From: Eledone cirrhosa
Taxonomy: Eukaryota
Reading direction: 5' to 3'
Assembly (NCBI GenBank): GCA_964016885.1
Contig: OZ024766.1
Location: 15,748,001-15,812,000 of the forward strand
DNA length: 64,000 nt
Below the pieces are notes generated by a model. That model was not told the origin of the DNA and ran no database searches. It worked only from the letters and a program-made list of their open reading frames with translations. The position numbers were made by a program, and so were the translations under genes. Positions within the stretch are counted from its first letter, which is position 1. Each line of letters opens with the position of its first letter. This document shows positions 41,481 through 55,460 of the stretch, in pieces.

Positions 41481-41910
41481 TTGTGGCTTCACTAGACATT
41501 AACATATACAGGAGAGGAACCATATAATTGTGATGTCTGTGGTAAATCATTTTCTAAATGTTGTGGTACCAACATAAGGTTACTTAATGTAACACAAACA
41601 CAATCAGACAATAAAAACGATATCACTCACCCAAAATAGTGCCACCAATGTTGTTAATGTCTTGAATAAAATTTGTTTGTTCTGAAATTATTCTCCTTTC
41701 ATTTTATTTGTAGAAGTTGTAACCAAGACTTATGCTGACAAATCTGTATGGTACAGAATTTACAAACACTCTATATATCTATATATGTGCCAAAACATCT
41801 ATGATGTCGTTTTACAGCTGATGAAGGGTTTCTTCTCTCCTTTCATCCATATTACCATCTTAAACTTTGTTTACAGTAACCACACAGCTCCTTTCTTTTC
41901 TTATTATTTT

Positions 41911-43125
41911 AAATAGGAAAGAAAATAAGGCGCCGGTCCCTTCCGGGAAATGGCCATGCTCAGTGTGTAGGAAAGGCGTTGGTAGAAACTCCATTTTATG
42001 TCCCAAATGCAAAGTATGGGTGCATAAAAGATGTAGTGGGATCACAGGTAAACTAACTAAGAACATAGATTTTACATGTGGCCGGTGCTCTGGTGCAATT
42101 AGTAGCAGCAAGTGCCCACAAAATACTAGCTCTTTCAATTGCGCAGAGGGTTCTATAGAAATAGTGGACAGCTTCCGTTACCTGGGTGACAAAATCAGCA
42201 GTGGGGGAGGGTGCTCTGAAAGTACAGTAGCTAGAGTCAGAACTGGATGGAAAAAGTTGAGAGAGCTTATACCACTATTAGCCGCTAAAGGGTTCTCCCT
42301 AAAAATGAAAGGCATGTTGTATGATGCCTGCATACGAACAGCAATGTTACATGGCAGTGAGACCTGGGCATTGTGTGCAGAGGATATACGCAGACTAGAG
42401 AGAAACGAAGCTTGCATGCTCCGCTGGATGTGTAATAGTAATATACGTAATCGGCAAAGCATAAACGAACTAAGGGGAAAATTAGAAATAAGAGGCGTCA
42501 GATGTTGTTTAGTCGAGAGAATGGTACGTTGGTATGGTCACGTGATGCGCATGAAAGACGACAGCTGTATAAAAAAGCGCAGGGCAATAAAGATAGACGG
42601 TAGCCACGGAGTAGGCAGACCCAGAAAAACCTGGGACGACCTGATAAATTCCAACCTCACACACTTACACCTCTCCAAGACAATGTCACTGGACCGAGAT
42701 CTTTGGCGGTACTCAGTAATAGAGAAGACCCGCCTTATCTGAATACAAAGTAAAACCTACTACAGTCAGTAGGCATCTCTAACAAAACACACCCCCGTCC
42801 CCCCACCCCACCACACCGCCCCTTTCAATGTAAAGTTATGTTGGTGCCACAACATCCAGGCCGAAACAAATGAGATCGTGTAGGTGTCACGACAAAAAAA
42901 ACACACAGTCCACGCTGTAATGTGGCCGTGTAGGCAACACGGTAAAAACCTCCCAGTCCCACACTGTAAATATGGTTGGTGTTAGGAAGGGCATCCAGCT
43001 GTAGAAAACCTGCCAGACAGTCCTATGCGTGCAAGACAACCACTCTTGCCTCAAGTGGGAAAACTCCCGTCCAAACCCATGCAGGCGTGGAAAATGGACG
43101 TAAAGCGATGATGATGATGATGAAG
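41911..43125 (+). mobile_element. Young 5'-truncated RTE-clade LINE (subfamily A): open ORF C-terminus to 42742, 3' UTR and (GAT)n tail
   Basis: C4HC3 Cys cluster, EIVDSFRYLG, AMLHGSETW, MLRWMC, RWYGHVMR, GRPRKTW, DRDLWR; absent from the equivalent (TA)n site of the other cassettes. Confidence 0.92.
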
Positions 43126-44267
43126 ATATATATAACAAAGGAGGTGCAGTAAGGAACCAGATGGACCATATACGCACCAGAGTACTCAATACTTAGGGTA
43201 GTAGAGCGGGTAATAGGAAAATGTTTAACCCCGACGGCAGAGCTCAGTCCGTTTCGATGGCAATTTCTGGAAACAGTTCAGAAATAACCGTCGAAATGGT
43301 TTGAGCTCTGCCGTCGGGGTTAAACATTTTCCTATATATATATATATATGTATGAGTGTATATGTCAGTGTGTAGAAATTTCTGTCCATGAAAATGATTA
43401 TCTTTATTTGTGTATATGTGTGTATATGTATGTTTATATGTGTTCTTATATACATGTGTGCACATCTTGATATATTTTCAGTGTCTGTTCTAGTTCTCAG
43501 AGTACAAATCCCACTGAGGTAAAGTTGCTTCGATATTCTGAGGTCAATAAATGAAATACCAGTGAAATACTAGGGTGGTTAATTCCTTTTCTTTGTCATT
43601 GTCTGTTTGTCTACTCTTCTCTTTCTCTGTATATATATATATATATATATATATCCAAAAGTAAGATAAATAAAATTATTCTATATCAAAGAAAGACATG
43701 TGCCATATCACCCGTAAAATAAGCTCCATGGAGCTTATTTTATGAGCGATATGGCGCCTGTCTTATTGGCATGACACCCATGATACGATTCAGATTAATT
43801 TCATTTTAATTTATCTTAATTTTGGATATATATATATATAAATAGGGCCTCTTAATTGTAGAGCTAACTCTGTTGAAAGAACCTGACTGCTGTTTCTAGT
43901 AGTCAATAACCCTATTCACGCCACTGGGACGAAGCTGGTATGATCTGTGTATTTTTAGTAGATACAGCACGTGTTACTGGTCAGTCGCTGATTTGAACTT
44001 GATGCGTAAACACAGATGGTTGGACTTCTTCCTGGTTGAGAATCCAAGATCTGGCTACTGTCGTTTACCAATCGATTAATTGGTGAAATATATTTCTTTA
44101 ATGGAATATATACAAGGAAGATTAATCATTTTCTAAGGTATCTATTTTTGAAGTTCTAGTTAAATTTATTTAGTTACCTACATAGCTATGTGTGCTTACA
44201 CACATTTACAAATTATCCTCTGTGATTGTTTCATATGTTTATTTATATGTCAATCAATTTCTAGTTG

Positions 44268-44298
<31 letters not shown>

Positions 44299-44665
44299 TA
44301 TATATATATACGTGGAAAAGTAAAATATAGCAGAACAGACCGTTAAAAGATGTTTATTTAAAATAACACCTATGTAATGAAGACATGACAAATTGTCCTC
44401 ACGCTCTCTCTATATATAGAGAAAAGGTGAAGTTGGAAATAGCACGGAAAATATATTTTAGGGTCTGTTTTTCTGTTATTTATCTTTTGGTTCGTCAAAG
44501 TGACATTATTGAAAATATGGGAGGGACATCATCATTCATCATCATTTCATTTCACGTCCGCATTTTCCCTGCTTGCAAGGGTGGGACAGGAACTGATTCT
44601 GGCTTGATTTCTACAGATGGATGCCCTTCCTAACGCCAACCTCATTTACAGAGAGTGCTGGGTAC

Positions 44666-45014
44666 TGTCATGTTGAATGTTTTTCATGATGTTGTGGTAG
44701 GCATATTTCTGGTTATCTACCAGTCAAGGTTTATTTTCATCCACAAACTTATGCAACACTTCAATATCATGGTTTGTCTCCTGAAAAACTGATTGTATTA
44801 CCTCAATTTCTTCTGGCTCTGGCATCCTGCATTGCTGGATTTCAATGGGACAGGTTGCACAGAGCTTGATTGTAAATCTTGGAGGTAGATTCCACATAAA
44901 TATTGCTATAACGTCTTTGGGCTAGGTGTAGATAGTCGTCTGACATATAGTTTTTGTGCTCCTGCCAGGGAAGATGAGATTTATTCCACATGCTGTGAGT
45001 ATAGTAGCAAACAA
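44666..45014 (-). mobile_element. Helitron fragment (downstream part)
   Basis: Homologous to 9029-9387. Confidence 0.82.
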
Positions 45015-47603
45015 CTGTCTTAGTTAACTGGCTGCTCCAGTGACTGCTCCTTCTAGTCCCTTCTTCCAATGTCAGTTGTCATACAGGAGTACATGGCTGT
45101 CTTATTTAACTGGCTACTCCAGTGACTGCTCCTTCTAGTTTCTTCTTCCAATGTTAGTTGTCATACAGGAGTCCATGGCTGTCTTATTTAACTGGCTACT
45201 CCAGTGACTGCTCCTTCTAGTCCCTTCTTCCAATGTTTGTTGTCATACAGGTGTCCATGGCTGTCTTATTTAACTGGCTACTACAGTGACTGCTCCTTCT
45301 AGTCCCTTTTTCCAATGTCACTTGTCATACAGGTGTCCATGGCTGTCTTAATTAACTGGCCACTCCTGTGACTGCTCTTTCTAGTCTCTTCTTCCAATGT
45401 CAGTTGTCATACAGGAGTCCATGGCTGTCTTATTTAACTGGCTACTCCAGTGACTGCTCCTTCCAGTCTCTTCTTCCAATATCAGTTGTCATATAGGTGT
45501 CCATGGCTGTTATTTAACTGGCTATTCCAGTGACTGCTCCTTCTAGTCTCTTCTTCCAATGTCAGTTGTCATATAGGTGTCCATGGCTGTTATTTAACTG
45601 GCTACTCCAGTGACTGCTCCTTCCAGTCTCTTCTTCCAATGTCAGTTGTCATACAGGTGTCCATGGCTGTCTTATTTAACTGGCTACTCCAGTGATTTCC
45701 CCGTCTAGTCTCTTCTTCCAATGTCAGTTGTCATACAGGTGTCCATGGCTGTCTTATTTAACTGGCTACTCCAGTGATTTCCCCTTCTAGTCTCTTCTTC
45801 CAATGTCAGTTGTCATACAGGTGTCCATGGCTGTCTTATTTAACTGGCTACTCCAGTGACTGCTCCTTCTCGTCTCTTCTTCCAATGTCAGTTGTCATAC
45901 CGGAGTCCATGGCTGTCTTATTTAACTGGCTACTCCAGTGACTGCTCCTTCTAGTCTCTTCTTCCAATGTCAGTTGTCATACAGGTGTCCATGGCTGTCT
46001 TATTTAACTGGCCACTCCAGTGACTGCTCCTTCTAGTCCCTTCTTCCAATGTCAGTTGTCATACAGGTGTCCATGGCTGTCTTATTTAACTGGCTACTCC
46101 AGTGACTGCTCCTTCTAGTCTCTTCTTCCAATGTCAGTTGTCATACAGGTGTCCATGGCTGTCTTATTTAACTGGCTACACCAGTGACTGCTCCTTCTAG
46201 TCCCTTCTTCCAATGTCAGTTGTCATACAGGTGTCCATGGCTGTCTTATTTAACTGGCTACTCCAGTGACTGCTCCTTCTAGTCCCTTCTTCCAATGTCA
46301 GTTGTCATACAGGTGTCCATGGCTGTCTTATTTAACTGGCTACTCCAGTGACTGCTCCTTCTAGTCCCTTCTTCCAATGTCAGTTGTCATACAGGTGTCC
46401 ATGGCTGTCTTATTTAACTGGCTACTCCTGTGACTGCTCCTTCTAGTCCCTTCTTCCAATGTCAGTTGTCATACCGGAGTGCATGGCTGTCTTATATAAC
46501 TGGCTACTCCAGTGACTGCTCCTTCTAGTCCATTCTTCCAATGTCAGTTGTCATACAGGTGTCCATGGCTGTCTTATTTAACTGGCTACTCCAGTGACTG
46601 TTCATTCTAGTCTCTTCTTCCAATGTCAGTTGTGATACAGGAGTCCATGGCTGTCTTATTTAACTAGCTACTCCAGTGACTGCTCCTTCTAGTCCCTTTT
46701 TCCAATGTCAGTTGACATACAGGTGTCCATGGCTGTCTTATTTAACTGGCCACTCCAGTGACTGCTCCTTCTAGTCCCTTCTTCCAATGTCAGTTGTCAT
46801 ACAGGTGTCCATGGTTGTTTTATTTAACTGGTTACTCCAGTGATTTTCCCTTCTAGTCTCTTCTTCCAATGTCAGTTGTCATACAGGTGTCCATGGCTGT
46901 CTTATTTAACTGGCTACTCCAGTGACTGCTCCTTCTACTCTCTTCTTCCAATGTCAGTTGTCATACAGGTGTCCATGGCTGTCTTATTTAACTGGCTACT
47001 CCAGTGACTGCTCCTTGTAGTCCCTTCTTCCAATGTCAGTTGTCATACAGGTGTCCATGGCTGTCTTATTTAACTGGCTACTCCAGTGACTGCTCCTTCT
47101 AGTCCCTTCTTCCAATGTTAGTTGTCATACAGGTGTACATGGCTGTCTTATTTAACTGGCTACTCCAGTGATTTCCCCTTCTAGTCTCTTCTTCCAATGT
47201 CAGTTGTCATACAGGTGTCCATGGCTGTCTTATTTAACTGGCTACTCCAGTGATTTCCCCTTCTAGTCTCTTCTTCCGATGTCAGTTGTCATACAGGTAT
47301 CCATGGCTTTCTTATTTAACTGGCTACTCCTGTGACTGCTCCTTCTAGTCTCTTCTTCCAATGTCAGTTGTCATACAGGAGTCCATGGCTGTCTTATTTA
47401 ACTGGCTACTCCAGTGACTGCTCCTTCTAGTCCCTTCTTCCAATGTTAGTTGTCATACAGGTGTCCATGGCTGTCTTATTTAACTGGCTACTGCAGTGAC
47501 TGCTCCTTCTAGTCCCTTCTTCCAATGTCAGTTGTCATACAGGTGTCCATGGCTGTCTTATTTAACTGGCTACTCCAGTGACTGCTCTTTCTAGTCCCTT
47601 CTT
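45015..47603. repeat. 82-bp satellite array 4 (~31 copies), right end cut by a deletion
   Basis: Ends mid-monomer at CCCTTCTT|GTGAAATACTGGGG. Confidence 0.95.
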
Positions 47604-48340
47604 GTGAAATACTGGGGTGGTTAATTGCTCTTCTTTGTCATTGTCTGTTTGTCTACTCTTCTCTTTCTCTGTATATATATATATATATATATCCAAAATT
47701 AAGATAAATAAAATTATTCTATATCAAATTATGGGTCTCATGCCAGAAAGACATGTGCCATATCACCCGTAAAATAAGCTCCATGGAGCTTATTTTATGA
47801 GCGATATGGCGCCTGTCTTATTGGTATGACACCCATGATTCGATTCAGATTAATTTCATTTTAATTTAACTTAATTTTGGATATATATATATATATAAAT
47901 AGGGCCTCTTAATTGTAGAGCTAACTCTGTTGAAAGAACCTGACTGCTGTTTCTAGTAGTCAATAACCCTATTCACGCCACTGGGACAAAGCTGGTATGA
48001 TGTGTGTATTTTTAGTAGATACAGCACGTGTTACTGGTCAGTCGCTGATTTGAACTTGATGCGTAAACACAGATGGTTGGACTTCTTCCTTGTTGAGAAT
48101 CCAAGATCTGGCTACTGTCGTTTACCAATCGATTAATTGGTGAAATATATTTCTTTAATGGAATATATACAAGGAAGATTAATCATTTTCTAAGGTATCT
48201 ATTTTTGAAGTTCTAGTTAAATTTATTTAGTTACCTAGCTATGTGTGCTTACACACTTTTACAAATTATCCTCTGTGATTGTTTCATATGTTTATTTATA
48301 TGTCAATCAATTTCTAGTTGATATATATATATATATATAT

Positions 48341-48627
48341 CAGTTCAATTCTCAGACCGGGTGATGTGTTGTTTCCTTGAGCAAGACACTTTATTTCACA
48401 TTGCTCCAGTTTACTCAGCTGTAGAAATGAAATGATAGGGACTGGGGTCCCTATCATTCCACTTTAAAGTGGTCGTGGAGGTGCCACGGCAAAAAAGCAC
48501 CCAGCACTCACTGTAAATGAGGTTGGTGTTAGGAAGGGCATCCAGCTGTAGTATTCAAGCCAGAATCAGTTCCCGTCTCACCCTTGCAAGCAGGGAAAAA
48601 TGGACGTAAAATGAAATGATGATGATA
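48341..48627 (+). mobile_element. 5'-truncated SINE (B box, CORE-like part, hairpin, RTE-B tail) inserted in (TA)n; duplicate at ~58874-59159
   Basis: Same family as 1372-1694; absent from the equivalent (TA)n at ~25271-25300 and ~44268-44310. Confidence 0.85.
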
Positions 48628-48709
48628 TATATATATATATACACGTGGAAAAGTAAAATATAGCAGAACAGACCGTTAAAAGATGTTTATTTAAAATAGC
48701 AACTATGTA

Positions 48710-49293
48710 CATTTCACCTGGATGGGCTTCTCAAGGGTATAAATAACTAAAAAGTGTTCCTTACATGGCCCAGAATGTGTTTTTAGAGATAAGTTCACGT
48801 CAGAGTTCATTCTACGCGAAAAAGCGTGTTTTGATTTTGCAGTAGGTCAAGGGAGGTAACTCTAGCTGGTGTGAGGGCAGTCTTTCCCGGAAAATTTTTT
48901 TATCTGTTAAAAGATATGGTTACAACCCTACCATTGTCGATACGCACAGGGTCAGGTATGCAACGTTTGTTTGCTGCACCTGCCCGCCTCGGTCACTTGA
49001 AGCCATGTCTGGGATACATGGTTAGTTTCATGATTTTTTTTGCAGCACCTGCTATATATATATATATGAGCGAGACACGGTCACCCGACCTAACTTGCTT
49101 CTAAATACGACAAACCCGTCCAACCCATGCTAGCATGGAAGATAGATAATAATCGATGATGATGATATCTAGGGATTGTAACATTACCACAACAGAAGTC
49201 GGACAAGCTTTTGATTCCAGAGTCAGGCTAGATCAATACAGATCAAACCTTGAGCTGATCGATAGCAAAACGTGCTTCACTGCTCAATAAATG
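48710..49293. other. 584-bp segment present only here and at 59243-59826; contains an RTE tail fragment (~49100-49167)
   Basis: Flanked by ATGTA on both sides; cassettes at ~25363 and ~44372 read CCTATGTAATGAAGAC without it. Confidence 0.75.
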
Positions 49294-49587
49294 TAATGAA
49301 GACATGACAAATTGTCCTCTCGCTCCCTCTCTCTATATATAGAGAAAAGGTGAAGTTAGAAATAGCACGGAAAATATATTTTAGGGCCTGTTTTATGTTA
49401 TATATCTTTTGATTCGTTAAAGTGACCCTATTGAAAAAATGGGAGAGACATCATCATTCATCATCATTTCATTTCACGTCCACATTTTCCCTGCTTGCAA
49501 GGGTGGTACGGGAACTGATTGTGGCTTGATTTCTAAAGATGGATGCCCTTCCTAACGCCAACCTCATTTACAGTGAGTGCTGGGTGC

Positions 49588-52310
49588 TGTCATGTTGAAT
49601 GTTTTTCATGTTGTGGTAGGCATATTTCTGGCCATCCACCAGTCAAGGTTTATTTTCATCCACAAACTTACGCAACACTTCAATATCATGGTTTGTCTCC
49701 GGAAAAATTGATTGTATTAACTCAATTTCTTCTGGCTCTGGCATCCTACATTGCTATTCATTGTTGGAATTCAATGGGACAGGTTGCACAGAGGTTGATT
49801 GTAAATCTTGGAGGTAGATTCCACATAAATATTGCTATAACGTCTTTGGGCTAGGTGTAGATAGTCGTCTGACATATTGTATTTGTGCTCCTGCCAGGGT
49901 AGATGAGATTTATTCCACATGCTGTGAGTATAGTAGCAAACAACTGTCTTATTTAACTGGCTACTCTAGTGACTGCTCCTTCTAGTACCTTCTCCCAATG
50001 TCAGTTGTCATACAAGTGTCCATGGCTGTCTTATTTAACAGGCTACTCCAGTGACTGCTCCTTCTAGTCTCTTCTTCCAATGTCAGTTGTCATACAGGTG
50101 TCCATGGCTGTCTTATTTAACTGGCTACTCCAGTGACTGCTCCTTCTAGTCCCTTCTTCCAATGTCAGTTGTCATACAGGTGTCCATGGCTGTCTTATTT
50201 GACTGGCTACTCCAGTGACTGCTCCTTCTAGTCTCTTCTTCCAATGTCAGTTGTCATACAGGTGTCCAAGGCTGACATATTTAACTGGCTACTCAAGTGA
50301 CTGCTCCTTCTAGTCCATTCTTCCAATGTCAGTTGTCATACAGGTGTCCATGGCTGTCTTGTTTAACTGGATACTCCAGTCACTGCCGCTTCTAGTCTCT
50401 TCTTCCAATGTCAGTTGTCATACAGGTGTCCATGGCTGTCTTATTTAACTGGCTACTCCAGTGACTGCCCCTTCTAGTCTATTCTTCCAATGTCAGTTGT
50501 GATACAGGTGTCCATGGCTGACTTATTTAACTGGCTACTCCAGTGTCTGCTCCTTCTAGTCTCTTCTTCCAATGTCAGTTGTGATACAGGTGTCCATGGC
50601 TGACTTATTTAACTGGCTACTCCAGTGACTGCTCCTTCTAATCTCTTCTTCCAATGTCAGTTGTCATACAGGAGTCCATGGCTGTCTTATTTAACTGGCT
50701 ACTCCAGTGACTGCTCCTTCTAGTCCCTTCTTCCAATGTCAGTTGTCATACAGGTGTCCATGGCTGTCTTGTTTAACTGGCTACTCCAGTGACTGCTCCT
50801 TCTAGTCTCTTCTTCCAATGTCAGTTGTCATACAGGTGTCCATGGCTGTCTTATTTAACTGGCTACTCCAGTGACTGCTCCTTCTAGTCTCTTCTTCCAA
50901 TGTCAATTGTCATACAGGAGTCCATGACTGTTTTATTTAACTGGCTACTCCAGTGACTGCTCCTTCTAGTCTCTTCTTCCAATGTCAGTTGTCATACAGG
51001 TGTCCATGGCTGTCTTATTTAACTGGCTACTCCAGTGACTGCCCCTTCTAGTCTATTCTTCCAATGTCAGTTGTCATACAGGTGTCCATGGCTGTCTTAT
51101 TTAACTGGCTACTCCAGTGACTGCTCCTTCTAGTCTCTTCTTCCAATGTCAATTGTCATACAGGAGTCCATGACTGTTTTATTTAACTGGCTACTCCAGT
51201 GACTGCCCCTTCTAGTCTATTCTTCCAATGTCAGTTGTCATACAGGTGTCCATGGCTGTCTTATTTAACTGGCTACTCCAGTGACTGCCCCTTCTAGTCT
51301 ATTCTTCCAATGTCAGTTGTCATACAGGTGTCCATGGCTGTCTTATTTAACTGGCTACTCCAGTGACTGCTCCTTCTAATCTCTTCTTCCAATGTCAGTT
51401 GTCATACAGGAGTCCATGGCTGTCTTATTTAACTGGCTACTCCAGTGTCTGCTCCTTCTAGTCCCTTCTTCCAATGTCAGTTGTCATACAGGTGTCCATG
51501 GCTGTCTTATTTAACTGGCTACTCCAGTGACTGCTCCTTCTAGTCTCTTCTTCCAATGTCAATTGTCATACAGGTGTCCATGGCCATCTTATTTAACTGG
51601 CTACTACAGTGACTACTCCTTCTAGACCCTTCTTCCAATGTCAGTTGTCATACAGGATTCCATGGCTGTCTTATTTAACTGGCTACTCCAGTGACTGCTC
51701 CTTCTCGTCTCTTCTTCCAATGTCAGTTGTCATACGGGTGTCCATGGCTGTCTTATTTAACTGGCTACTACAGTGACTGCTCCTTCTAGTCCCTTCTTCC
51801 AATGTCAGTTGTCATACAGGAGTCCATGGCTGTCTTATTTAACTGGCTACTCCAGTGACTGCCCCTTCTTGTCTCTTCTTCCAATGTCAATTGCCATGCA
51901 GGAGTTGATGTTCTTTAAATGCTTCTTGATATGTGCTGCACTCTCCCTCCAAATCACCTGAGATCCTCAAATGACGTTGGTCCTTGAACAATAAGCAGAA
52001 GTGGCTGTAAATAAAAACTCTCTCTGTTGTTGGGGTGGTCATTGTAAACATGCCCAATAGCATCACTTCCCTTGACTTCATCACCTTCCACTAAATGACC
52101 CTGCTTCCTTTGATTCCAAGTCTTACAATTGGTCCAGGTGTAGTATTTTGGGATGTCAGCATATAGGAGGGATCGAAGAAATTCTTTATTCTGGCAGTGT
52201 TTCAAAAAAGCAGTTAGAGTAGTGTCAGGTGGTGCTGGTGTCAACTGATGAGAAGTGGTTTCAGTGAAGTACACACTCTGTCCATTTTCTATATGTATAG
52301 AGATAAGGAT
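49588..52310 (-). mobile_element. Helitron RepHel fragment split by satellite
   Basis: ORF 51954-52319 and region 49588-49943 homologous to cassette 1. Confidence 0.85.
49944..51904. repeat. 82-bp satellite array 5 (~24 copies)
   Basis: 82-bp period. Confidence 0.96.
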
Positions 52311-55300
52311 GAAAAGCAAAGTTAATCTCTCAGAGGTTAGCTTTGCCTTTCATCCCTACGGGGTCGATAAAATAAAGTACCAGTAATATACTAGGGTAAT
52401 TGCTGGCCTTGTGCCAAAAGTAGAAACAATTATCACATTTCTTTTTAATAAATCACATCACTATAGAATTAAATACGACTGGAAATGTGTGTGAAAGTAC
52501 AAAATTATGTCAGGGACTTTTCACGTTTGACACCGAACGAGAGTCGAAACATTCGCTAAGACACCGAGTACCTGCTGTCTTCGTTATAACTTTAATTAAT
52601 CTAATTATATCTTGTGTAACAATTATATATATATACACACACAATTTTAATTCCCGGACATCAGTCTTACACTGTCATATCTATTCTTACTTTACAATTG
52701 TGTCTACTAAGAGTTCCATTACAATCTGTAGTAGTAAGACTACTATTTCACCAGAACATCTGCTATCAGCCATTTATAGACAATATATATATTTTAGACC
52801 ACATATCAACCTAACATATATATATTTCTATCAAATCTGTAGCTAAAGACATAAAGTCAGCCTCACTACTTCATTCTAACAAGATATCAATTTATGACTA
52901 AAGATGAAGAAGATACACCAACGTTAATGTCGTGAAATAAAGCTGATAACATTGAAACTTCTAATTTGATAACAACGAGATTATTTCTTTGGTTGTTTAG
53001 TAACAACTAACAACACAATACATTGATTATATATGAAGGAGGTAAGTTGACAAAGATTTACTTAATGTCTATATTAATGTGTGTAAATAATATAATTATG
53101 TGACCCCTACAACGCACCAGTAATTAACCAGATTCCACTGTTAAATGTGATATAAAATATATTGTTATGACTGTCTTTATTATTTAAATTACCTCCGTCT
53201 ATTTAATTATCTAGTTCACTACCTTACATTATAAAATATAGTTTATATTTAGCTGTACCTTGTTATTGTTTTAAGTAAATTAAAAATATATTTATTATTT
53301 AAATTACCCCCGTCAATTTAATTATCTTGTTCACTACCTTACATTATAAAATATAGTTTATATTTAGCTGTACCTTGTTATTGCTTTAAGTAAGTGAAAG
53401 ATATATTTATTATTCAAATTACCTCCGTCTATTTAATTATGTGGTTCACTACCTTACATAATGTAATTTATATTTAACTGTACCTTGTTATTGCTTGAAG
53501 TAAGTTAAATATATATTTATTATTTAAATTACCTCCGTCTATTTAATTATCTTGTTCACTACCTTACATTATAAAATATAGTTTATATTTATCTGTACCT
53601 TGTCATTGCTTTAAGTAAATTAAAGATATATTTATTATTTAAATTACCTCCGTCTATTTAATTATGTGGTTCACTACCTTACATTATAAAATATAGTTTA
53701 TATTTAGCTGTACCTTGTTATTGTTTTAAGTAAATTAATATTTTGTCTGTTTTAGTCTAAATCTCTTACAATTTAATTAACTTCATCTACTTATGGTTGA
53801 ACATTACTTTATTGTGGGTTTCATTTCATTATAATTATGTCTGATTAGCCAGCCAAGTAGGGGTTGCGTATCTGTATTTCAGGGAACTGCTTTGATGGTG
53901 AAGGGACATCTGTTGGTGTGGGATCTCGGTGGCTGTACATAATAAGGTTCTAATACTCTAAAGAGCTAGCTGAATAACCGTCTGATACATGTCTTGTATA
54001 GAGGATCATAAAGCCATGTATAGAAGAGCAGTCAGCAATGTCAGGATTAACATTCATTATAGTGAAGTGGCAGTATCGGTAGAGAGTCGGACACCATGCT
54101 TTGAGGCACAGAGTTACGTCCCTTTATGATCTGAGTTCAAATCCCGCCGAGGTTAACTTTGCCTTACATCCATACGGGGTCGATAAAGTAAAGTACCAGT
54201 AATGTACTGGGTAATTGCTGGCCTTGTGTTTAAAATAGAAACAATTATAGTGAATAATTTGGAGTGTAGTCTGGTGTCCACCAGGGCTCTGTTCTTAGCC
54301 CTCACTTAGTTATTATCGTCCTGCAGCCTATAACAGAGATGTTTAAGACTGGCTGCCCATGGTAACTCCTGTATGCTCAGCGGGTCCTGAAGAATGCGGT
54401 CATGTGCATTTTCCAGGTCTATAAAACGATAATATATACCTCTTAGCAATACTCCCACGATTTCTCAAAGAGCTGCCACAGTGTGAATATTTGGTGGGTT
54501 ATGTTGCACCCAGGGAGCAAACAGCACTGTCCATCAGCTAGCTTCGACTCGCTACATCACTTTGCCAGAAACTTTGCATATACTTTACCAGGTAGTCATA
54601 ACAAGGTGATCCCTCTCTATTTGGAACAATCTCTCGTGTGTCCCTTTTTATAAATTGGGATTATCACTCCCGATTGCCTTTGCTTGAGTGCCATTTCAGA
54701 GACCCAGGCCATCTGACACACGAGTCGGTCACATTTGAGCTCTTTAATTGCTCTTGTGACCTCAGCCTCCGAGAGATTAGTCACCGCTATCAGATTCACC
54801 TCATGTACATCCGAAGATGCTGTTGTGATCGGGTTTGGGAGATCAGCAAAGTATTCTCTCCACCTCATGAGGATCCATCTCTCTGAAGAGAAAAGAACCC
54901 CAGATACACTCATGGTTGCAGGTGTGGAGAAAGATTTCTTGTAACTAATTAAAAACTAAAATAATTTGACTTTTCAATAAAAAGTTTCCAGGGTTTATAG
55001 ATGTAAAATTTCCACTGTTAAATCTATCTCTGCTTCTTAAGTATTCTCTATTGTTTCATACTGTTTCTTTTTCATTTCAGAATATCAGATGACATTAGGA
55101 TAAATTATTTTTTTCGATCTTGGATACATCACCTCTATTTATCATCATTTGAAGATTAAAACTTTTTAAACAGAACTTATATAACACTGTTTATATAAAT
55201 CTATCAGAATTACTGTGATATATTTCCTCAGAACTGAGTTTAAAGACAAAATTCCTTTTCTTCACTGTGTTGTATATATATGAGAGATATATCTTGTATT

Positions 55301-55460
55301 TTAACTCAGCTTCAATGACAAAGAAGTTTGCATCATCTTCAGGTATTAACTGAGATCATAATTGAGGGAAATATAACAAAAATAATATTTTTTACGAATA
55401 TAATATAAAAAATATTAAAGAATAACATCTGTAAATTCTGCCAAAGGAAGAAGAATTATT

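Noticed and set aside
41867-42742. Host gene of 291 aa
   Set aside because: 5'-truncated RTE ORF; the first ~15 codons come from flanking cassette DNA with a non-ATG start
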